The translations under genes and the position numbers were made by a program. Below the pieces are notes generated by a model. That model searched no databases and was not told the origin of the DNA. It saw only the letters and a program-made list of their open reading frames with translations. From a virus, in IMG/VR virus record IMGVR_UViG_3300024264_002047: DNA of 64,000 bases; one strand, written 5' to 3'. Shown piece by piece: positions 49,231 through 59,500 of this stretch; positions within the stretch are counted from its first letter, which is position 1; every line of letters starts with the position of its first letter.

Positions 49231-50529
49231 ATGGCAACGAATATAGGACAATTAAATACTTCGCAAACCTTTGAGAATTGGTTAACGAAGACCAATCAGT
49301 TGGTTACAGTACTTGCGAGTAACGTATTGACTGCTGGAGTTGGTGGCCAAACCACAGAAGGTGATGCTACTTTAATTGGTGACTTTACTGCTACTAATTT
49401 ATCGGCAAGTACTTTGCTTGGTGCAGATACTATTGGTGCCATTACTGGTGGCGGAACAATTAATTTCAATAGCCCAATACAAATCAACGGTGCTTCAGCA
49501 ACAACAGCAACATTCTTATATACAGGTACAGGCGGTCAAACACGTTATTCAGATGGATCACTAAGTTGGGATGTTGGTTTAGAAAATTCAAGCCCAGGTA
49601 ACTTTATTATTGATACTGGTGCAGGGGCAAATAAGTTTCAGTTATCAACGGCAGGTACGTTAACAGTTCCTGATGCAGTAATTACAGGCAGCCTAACAGT
49701 TGGTACTTTAACAATCGGTGAAGGCGGTGGTGGATTAAGTACTGATGATATCTCAGAAGGTTCAACAAATCTTTATTATACCGATGCGAGAGTAATAGCC
49801 TCATTATCAGGCGGTGATGGAATTAACATTACATCAGGTGGTGTAATATCATTTGACGGTGAAGGTGAACTTGATACTTACACAGGTAACAAATTTATTG
49901 GAACCGGTGGTTATGTTGACGACGATAACTATGCTTTCTTAGAAGGCAGAACTTCAGGTACTCAAGGTTACGCAAGAATAAGTAGGTACCTAAATGGTGA
50001 CTATGTAAGGTTAGTTGATTTTGCGGCAAACCTGAATGTGTATAGCGGAGTATATACTTACGGTGATCAGTACCATTATACTTCTAGTAGTGGTGGTGAG
50101 AAAACTTATCATCATGATGTTAGCGCAAATGTATCAAGATACTATCAAGGCGGATCAAACATTAAGGTCGAGATTGATGGTAATAGTGGAGATGCAGTAT
50201 TCGCCGGTGATGTAACGTCGGCAGGATCCTTCTCAGATATAAGATTAAAAGAAAATATAGTTCCTCTTGAGAAGGGACTCGCAACATTAGAACAAATTAA
50301 AACATACGAGTTTAATTATAAGGACCGACCAGAACAAACCTTACCAGGGGTTATGGCTCAGGAAATTGAAGAACTCGTACCGGAAGTAGTATATAATATT
50401 GAAATGGAGGATGATACTTACAAAGCAGTAAGATACCCTCAACTAGTGCCATTGCTAATAAATGCAATAAAAGAATTGAGTGATAAGGTAAATGTTTTAG
50501 AAAACAAGCTTAATAACGAAAGCAATTAA
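49231..50529 (+). CDS. Tail fibre with C-terminal intramolecular chaperone (peptidase S74)
   Basis: TF..W..KTN N-terminus, TDDISEGSTNLYYT, SDIRLKENI, G.MAQE, Y..L...L..AIKEL. Confidence 0.85.
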   Translation: MATNIGQLNTSQTFENWLTKTNQLVTVLASNVLTAGVGGQTTEGDATLIGDFTATNLSASTLLGADTIGAITGGGTINFNSPIQINGASATTATFLYTGTGGQTRYSDGSLSWDVGLENSSPGNFIIDTGAGANKFQLSTAGTLTVPDAVITGSLTVGTLTIGEGGGGLSTDDISEGSTNLYYTDARVIASLSGGDGINITSGGVISFDGEGELDTYTGNKFIGTGGYVDDDNYAFLEGRTSGTQGYARISRYLNGDYVRLVDFAANLNVYSGVYTYGDQYHYTSSSGGEKTYHHDVSANVSRYYQGGSNIKVEIDGNSGDAVFAGDVTSAGSFSDIRLKENIVPLEKGLATLEQIKTYEFNYKDRPEQTLPGVMAQEIEELVPEVVYNIEMEDDTYKAVRYPQLVPLLINAIKELSDKVNVLENKLNNESN

Positions 50530-50539
50530 AGACTGGTCT

Positions 50540-50547
50540 TATAAATA
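50540..50547 (+). promoter_or_regulatory. T4-type late promoter
   Basis: TATAAATA upstream of the giant gene. Confidence 0.75.
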
Positions 50548-50578
50548 ATAAGGTAATACCACAAGGAATAGACTAAAG

Positions 50579-53500
50579 ATGGCAAAAATTTCAGAACTAC
50601 CTCCGATTACCGGTGGCAATACCAGATCAGAAGATCTGTTTGTTATTGTCAATCTTGTACAGGGTGACGATGGTACGAGTAATATTACTAGAAAGGAATT
50701 GGTTGAAGCAATTCAATATGAAATCTTTTCTAGAATTAAAATCACTGGGGGAACTATCTCCGGTGTGGTCATGTCTGATTCGCGACTCAACAATGTTGAA
50801 ATTGACAACTCTGAAATTGAAGATACTATTTTCCGACGTGGTTCAATCGACGACACAGTTATTACGAATTCAGATGCCAACAATATTGTAATGACTTATT
50901 CGACCTTTAACTTAGGTCATCTCGAAAATAACACAGCAAATAATATTACGATTACTTATTCAGACTTCTCTGAAGGTACAGGTAATAATAACACTTTCGA
51001 TAATACTACTTTATTCACCGGAACTGCTAATAACTTTAGCATTTTTAATTCTACTGTTAATAATAGTATTATAACTAATTCCGAGTTTAATGATGGTACA
51101 GGAAATAATGTAACATTAACTAACTCAACTATTGATGATTCAACAATCACCGATAGTACAGCAAACAACTTAACGATTGGCTTCTCATCATTCGCTGATG
51201 GTACATTATCAAACAGTACTGCCAACAACCTTGTAATTAATGCATCTACCTTTAATGACGGTGATATTAATAATTCCGATATCAGTGGTGGAACTGCTGA
51301 TGCTGTCGATATTACAAACTCAACATATACTGATGGAACTGTAGTTAATGCAGACATCAGTGCTTCAGACTTCACAACTGGTACGATTACAGATTCAACT
51401 GCTAATAACGTTGTCATAACAAGTTCAGAATTTAATGATGGTACAGGAAACAATGTAACATTAACGAATTCAACAATTGACCGATCATTAATTTCAGGTA
51501 GTGAAATTGTTGATAGTGAATTCACAGGTACAATGGAAAATGTTGTATCTACGAATATGACAATCAGATCAAGTACTGCTGACGGTCTTGGTGCAAATAA
51601 CTCCACGTTTGAAAATGGTGGAATTGAGCAATCAACATTTACTGGCGGTGTAATTGATAGATCCAGACTTGCCGACTTCGACATGGATCTTACGAAAGAA
51701 TTCGAAGCACCAATGGATGAAGAATCATACTTTGCCATTCGTAACGAAAAGACAGGTGATACCGAACAGATTTCATATAAGCAATTATTTGATGAAGTAT
51801 CTAAATCAACTGCACAAGCACTCAAAGTTCACGCTGATGCCGCATCGGGCGATGATTCAAACTTAGGAACAATGTTAGCTCCTGTTAAAACTTTGGAAAG
51901 AGCGTTTGAACTTTGTTTAGAAAAAGCAGGCGGCGAATTAAATCGTAACGCAATTAATAACGCTGTTCATATTTCAGTAGGTCCTGGTACTTATTATACA
52001 AAAGGTAACTTGATGTTGCCTGATGACTGTTCTTGTACTTCAACTGCAGGTCAGTATGCTACAGTAATCGAACTACTTCCTGGATACGAAAACAATAACG
52101 GAATCTTAGTTGGTTCTGGTGGTTACGTTCAAGGATTTGGTTATCAGAACTTTAAAGTTGATAACTTTGATTTCCCAGAAGGTGGATTCGCGATTGCTTA
52201 TCGACCTGGTGCCAAACTATTACGTTCACCTTACTTAAGAGATAGTACTCAGTTATCTAACTTCTTACGTCAAGATGTTGAACCACCTCTTAATCCTTAT
52301 AATTCAAAAGGTACTCTTGCTGACCTTGGCCAAACATTTGTACTTGAAACAAACATTACTGGTAACAGTTCAACACCTGCCGACAGTTTATGGAAACTTG
52401 ATGATGAAATTCAATTCTCATCTGGTGGTGTAGGTTACTTATCTTGGGACGATTCATTAGATGCTCTACAAGGTACAGTTCCTGGAGATGTTGCTAATCT
52501 TCGTACGATTCGAGTTCGTAACCTTAAGAACGGTCAAGGATTCGCGGTTGGTGATACAATAACTTCAGAATCTGGTGGTACAGGTAAAATTCAATCTATC
52601 GGAATTGACGACTTCCCTAACAGAGCGGTTGGTCGTGGTGGTGGTTGTGTACTTGCAGATAGAAGAGTACTTGATACCGATTCATTATATACATACGTAC
52701 TTTGTTTTGGTTTTACACCTCGTACTCAAAACGGTTTAGGATATGTTGCTAGAGATGGTGCTGGTGTTAACGGTATTGGTTCATTGTCAATCTTTGTTCG
52801 TTGTGCGTTCTATGCACTGAACGGTGGTCAGATGACGCTGAACAACTCAGGTACTCAGTTCGGTGATATATCAATGAGAGCAAAAGGAACAACTCAGTTC
52901 TTTGCTCCAAAATCAACAACACAAACAATTGTTGGTAATACAGAGTTTGCACAAAGTATTGATTATAGTGCAGATTTAGTTATTGACGATATGGTCGATT
53001 ACTTAACTTCTAATACTGCTAACGGCGGATTAGGTTATCAAGAATACGATTCAGAAAAATGTTTAAGAGATTCAGGTATTGTACTTGATGGAACAGGTTA
53101 TGACATTGCACTCGATACCAACTATTGGGGTCGTTTAGGTGGTATTACTTATAGATCACCTATCAGTTATGTTGTACCTGGAGAACAGCTTGAAGAAACA
53201 AAAGGTGCATTGGAATACTTAAGAGATCAAACAAAACAAGTATTCATTACAGGTAACAGTGAAATCAATCAAAGAATTGAAACGTCCTTTAGTGAACTTT
53301 TAAATGTCCTTGAGTACGGTGAAGAGAACATCAACCCGATTATATGGAGAGATACTTCAACACCTCGTACCGCGTCGAGAAGACTTCTACAAGACAATAA
53401 AGAACTAATCACCGGCGAATTAATTGATTGGATCGAAAATAACGATGAGTTCTATGCTTATGATAGTAAAGCTTGTCGTAGAGATGTATCTGATTATATT

Positions 53501-56500
53501 TTACCTGCTGTTAAGAACGATATGTTGTTCGACACAAACTATAACTCAGTAACTGCTGGCCGTGCTTATTACATGATGGCTGCAAAAACTGTTATGGAAA
53601 ATCAGAACAACGAAACAGTCGCTGCATACGAAAGATTAAAAGATCAAACGAATAAATTAATTGACGGTGACTCATATGTTGCCTCTGATAGATTAGATGA
53701 TTCGTATGATAACATTTTACAGATCCTTGAAAATAAAGGTACCAAGTTTAATCCTACTACCGCAACTTATGATCCTGCTACTGGTTTATCAGTTATCACA
53801 CTCGGTGGTTCTAAAGGCCTTACAGTACAAACTGCAACCTACGATCCTGCTACAGGAATTTTGGAAGCAACTGTTGGTCTTAAACATGAGGTAAAAACTG
53901 GTGATCATATTTGGATGAAACCTGAGAGTATTATATTTAGTTGTAATATGGGTTCAGGAGTTCAAAATCATGCATCACCTGCTGCTCACCATCCTTACTA
54001 TAACAAACCATGCCCAGTTATTGGTGTATCTGCTACAACGGTTAGGTTAAACGTTGGAACAGGTGGAACAGGACAAGTACCTCATACCTTCGTAAGTGCA
54101 ACGCCAAACGCGTTTACTAAAGGACATGGATTGTCTGAAGGTTCATACGTTCTGTTAAAGACAGGCGGATTGGTATTTAGTTGCACAAGAGATAATCATA
54201 GAACAAGAACTGGTTACCCAAGAGCAGGCGATCCTGCGGCAGGCGTACCAGTTGAAGTACTTGGTGCAAACGCAAGCAAGATTACAATTGATGTAGGTAA
54301 ATCAGCGATCGTTGATGAACATAAATTTGTTTCTGCGTTACCTAATGCGGTATCAACGCTTGGTGATAATATTACTTGGTCTAATAACTCAAGTATCCCT
54401 GCAGCAAAAAGAGATGCAAGAAAGCAGTTACAAGCCAACAGAACATTCTTACAGGATATGATCGAAGGATATGTTGAAGATACTTATTACAGATATGATT
54501 CTAACAAGTGTCGTCGAGATGTAACTCAATATATTTTACCTGCGGTTGAAAGAGATATTCTAACAGGATCAAACTATAACGCAATCCAAACAGGTATTGC
54601 ATATAGAGCAGGTACTACACTTGCTGATAATGTTATTAATAATCAGCTACCACAAACTCTCGGTTCAATGGATACTTTAAAATCTCGATTGAATAATACG
54701 ACTGTAGGATTTACTCCATCAGATGCTTCTTATAATCCTGCTTCAGGTATTATGGTCGCAACTATCGGAGCAGGTCATGGATTGGTTACTGGTGATCATA
54801 TCAGATTTGCGTTTGAAGGAATCGTTCATAGTTGTGACGCAGGAAGTGGCGTAGCAAATCATCCTTCACCACAAGCGCATCATCCATATTATAACAAACC
54901 TTGCCCAATCATTGCTCACGATGATACTACAATTACAATGCAAGTTGGAAAATCAACTAACTATCCTCATACATTTGTATCAGCGGTAACTAATGCAATA
55001 ATGCCAGCAGATGCGGTAGGTGCTCAGTTTACTCCAACGACTGCAAGTTACGATCCTACGACAGGAAGGTTTGAAGCAACAGTTGGTAAGCATACTTTAC
55101 AGCCTGGTGATTACGTTCAGTTCTCAGATGGCGGTATTGTATTTAGTTGTGATACAGGTAGCGGAGTTCAAAACGATGCTGTACCTGCAGCAGGACATCC
55201 TTACTTCAATCATCCTTGCCCAGTACATTCGGTAACTACAAATACAATCGTATGTATGGTAGGAACAGGTGGTTCAAACGTTCATACATTTGTATCCGCT
55301 GCTGATAATTCAATTACAGAAATTATCGGATTAAGCGATTCAGCTTCAATTCATAGATCAGACGAAGCAATTGATAAAGTTAAGCAAATCCTGAACTCAG
55401 GTAACAAAATCTATACTCCGTCTAATGCTACTTACAACCCAGTAACTGGTTTAACAGAGATTACAGTTGGTGCTCACGATTTACAAATCGGAGATGAAGT
55501 ATTACTTGCTCCTGACAGTTTAACATTTACTTGTGCAACTGATGGGAATGCAACTCAACATACTTATCCTACAACTACAATCGCAAGCTTTACGCCAACG
55601 ACTGCAAGTTATGTACCTTCAACTGGTGAGTTTACTGCTAACATCGGTCCTCATAAGTTAACAATTGGAGATGAGATTGAATTTGCTACAAGAGGTATTA
55701 CATTTACTTGTGAACTAGATGGTAATCTAACAACTCACTCTGCACCTGAACCACATCATCCATTTTATAAGAAGCCTGTAAAGATTACTTCTGTTGATGG
55801 AGACACAATTGGTTGTAATGTTGGAGCGGTTGCTAATGGCGGTGGAGTACATACATTTGTTTCTGCTATCACAAACGCAATCAAAGGCGAAAGACAACAT
55901 CCTGCTTATAAGAAGCCTGTCGTTGTTGCACAAACATCAGCCACTTCGTTTACAGTTAATGTAGGACCAAGTTCTGATGTATCAGTTCATACATTTGTAT
56001 CTGCAACTGCTAACAGTGTTAAGACTGCTAAATACATCTCAACTCATACTCCATATAATGCTACATACGATGCATCTACTGGTGAGTTTGTTGCCTTTAT
56101 TGGTAAGCACGCGTTTGAAGCTGGTGATATGATAATGCTCAAGCCTAACTCGGTTATCATGACTTGTGATCTCGACGGTGGTGTTACAGAACATGCTGCA
56201 CCTGCTGCTCATCATCCTGCTTATAGAACACCTGTAGAACTCTTAAGTGTTACTGCTGATAGTATTACAATGAATATCGGTACAGGCACTGGAGGGGTTC
56301 ATACCTTTGTTAGAGCGGACGTTGGAGCTATTGATTCTGATGCGTTAGTATTTACAGATCCTGCATCTTACGTTAAACATTACACACCAACAACTGCAAC
56401 TTATAACGCAGTATCTGGTGCATCAGTAATAACAATTCCAGGACACGATTTAACAACGGAAGATTATGTTGAGTTTACTCCATATTCATTCACGTTTACT

Positions 56501-59500
56501 TGTGCACAGGATGGTAATGCAACTGAACATTCATACCCAAGAAAAGGTGATTTCAATTATAGAACACCAATGCAAGTTATTGGGGTTTCTGGTAATGATG
56601 TTACAGTTCAACTTATAGCAAGTTCAGGTGGAGCCCATACGTTTGTATCGGTTGCTAAAGAATGTGTTTCTAAAGTTACTTACAATTCTCAAGGTCAATA
56701 CGCAAGAGAACAATTACAACAAAACAAAGAATACTTGGCAAAAGATGTTTCTGCTTATCTTGATACGCAATTCTTCACGTTTGATGGAGAAAAATGTACA
56801 AGAGATTCAGGATTCATTCTTGATGCGGTAAGAAGAGATATTGCCACAGACGGTAATTGGAACTCTCAATTTATGGGACTCGGTTATGTAACTGGTTCTG
56901 CAGGTGCAAATAAAGTAATCAACGATCAGTTGACAGAGACACTTGCATCGGTTGCTTTCCTTAAGGCTAAGGTTGCTGCTGATCCAAATGTTACAGGTAC
57001 TGCTTTAACAAGAGCCAATCAATCGTTTGATGAAATCACTACTATTATGGGTGGCGGTTCTGCATCGGCAACTCGATGGGGCGCAGTTGCTGCTTTGAGT
57101 GATGGACATAATAATGCTGGTAATCAGATCTTATTAAACAAAGCGTTTATTCAAGCTGAAGTTGCTGCTTATATTGCTCAAGAGTTCCCAACTCTAACTT
57201 ATGATAATGCTGCTTGTCAGAGAGATACAGGTTATCTTGTAGATTCAATTATTCAAGATGTTAAGTTTGGTGGAAATACATGTTCCGTTAACTTCGCAAG
57301 ATTGTATTTTGAAAATGCGGTTTCTGTATTACCTGCAGATCAAGTTGAACCAACATATAAAACATGGGAACATATTGCTGAAGTGGTATGGCAAATCATC
57401 AGAGATATAACAGTTACTGTCACAACAGGAAACGCTGTAAGTCAAGATGAATCAGGATCAGACTACGGATTTGAAATTGCTAATCTTGGAAGAGATAGAG
57501 TTAATATTATTACTAAGGTCATTAGTGAAAATACTTTAGACTTCTTACCTAAGTATATTGAACCTAACTATGAATTAGATATGGTTGATGCTGCTCAGGC
57601 AATTGACGGTCAATCTGAAAACTTATCCTTGGCTGTAATTGATATGCTCAGAGATGATCATAACGGATTACCATTCAAGAGCGCAGTTTGTGAAAGAGAT
57701 ATTGGTATCATGGTTGATGCGTTATCTCGTGATATTGAATACGGCGGAAACGAAAATCTATTAGAAGTATTTGATTATTACTTCCGTAAGTTTGATTCAC
57801 AATCTGCTGATTACGAACAGCAACGTTCAACTAACGTTTTACCAATTGAAGTAAAAGGTCAATTTAGAACATTATCTAATTACGAAGATACTGCTAACGT
57901 TTCAGGTTTAAGAGAAGCAATCAATGTATTGCCTTACGAACAACGCCTACCAACTCAACTTGCATTCAGAAGACTTGCTGGTCAGGTTGGTCCTATCGTT
58001 GCTGGTGTTCAACAAGCTCAGACTAATCCTAAGTTCACTGCAACTGATGCAAGCTACGATCCTGCTACTGGAATATTTGTCGCAACGATACCTGCGGGTC
58101 ATTTGCTTGATACAGGCAGTGTTGTATATCTGAAGCCAAACGGATTTACGTTTAGTTGTGATATGGGTCAAGGTGGCGGAGTAACAAATCACGCTGCACC
58201 ACAACCACATCATCCTTTCTATAATAAAGGTGTTAAGGTTATATCATCAACTGCTACAACGATTACATTAAATGTAGGAGATGGCGGATCAGGTCAACAA
58301 CCACATACTTTTGTTTCTGCTCTTGCTGACTCAATTAGTACAGGTCCATATCATCTTACAGATGGAACTGCGGCAAGTCTTGCTAAGTCTGGTGAAGCTG
58401 CTCAATTAATATATGCAATTGCTGATCTAATTGATAACACTAATATCGAAGCTGCTGAAATGCCAACATTGGTTAAGGCTTCATTCGATCCTAACAGAAC
58501 ATTAGCAAGAAAGCAATTACAACGTAACAGAGACTTCATCATTGATGAATTACAAGGTTACTTACATGATCGTTACTATGTATTTGACGGTGACAAATGT
58601 AAGAGAGATGTTAACATGTTAATTGACGCTGTTAAGACTGATATCTTGACAGGCAGTAATCATAACGCAGTACTGAATGGTACAGCTTATAGAATTAATA
58701 CTGTAGGCACAAACAAAGTTATTAACGAACAGTTGACAGAAACAGTTAAAGGTATTGAGTTCGCAAGAGATAAAGCAATTGAAGCTGTAACTGACGGTTC
58801 AATGAAAATTAAAACTGCAGAAGCGTTTAATGAAATCATTGACATTATGGTTAACGGTCGAGCTGCTGCTGATGCAATCGTTTATGGTACTGCAGGTCCT
58901 GGACCGTCAAGACTTAACGGTAGATCTCAGTTATTAAATAACAGAACATTCTTAATTGCTGAAATGACAGCATGGCTTGCTGCTAACAGACCTTCACTTT
59001 CCTACGATGTAGCAAAATGTGAAAGAGACACAGGTTACGCACTTGATGCAATTGCACACGATATTCAATTCGGTGGAAACTTTGCTACTCTAAACTTTAC
59101 CAAGCTATATTTTGAAAATGGTGTTAACGTTGGTTTACCTTTAGATCAGGTTGAACCATCCGCTGCTGCGTTTGCTCATCTTGGTGATTGTGCTAAGTTA
59201 ATCGTACAAGATACAGATATCGGTGGATTAAAATCAGCAGGAAACACTGAAACTCAAAATGTACTAGGTGCAAATGCTGGAGTTCTTGTAGGTGGAATTG
59301 CTGAATCGTTATTCGATATTACTTCTACTGCAGTCTCTAGCGGTACAATGCTAATGGCTCCAAGTCAAGTATTCCCAGATCCTGCTTCGTTCGGTACAGT
59401 TAATCAAACTGCTTATGCTGAAATTGAAGCAATCAAAGATTCAGTTGGTACTGGGTTACTTGCTTATCTTTCAGAGTTCTTCCAAGTATTACCATATAGT

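Noticed and set aside
50956-51825. 289-aa antisense ORF
   Set aside because: Shadow of the low-complexity solenoid coding strand; no independent motifs
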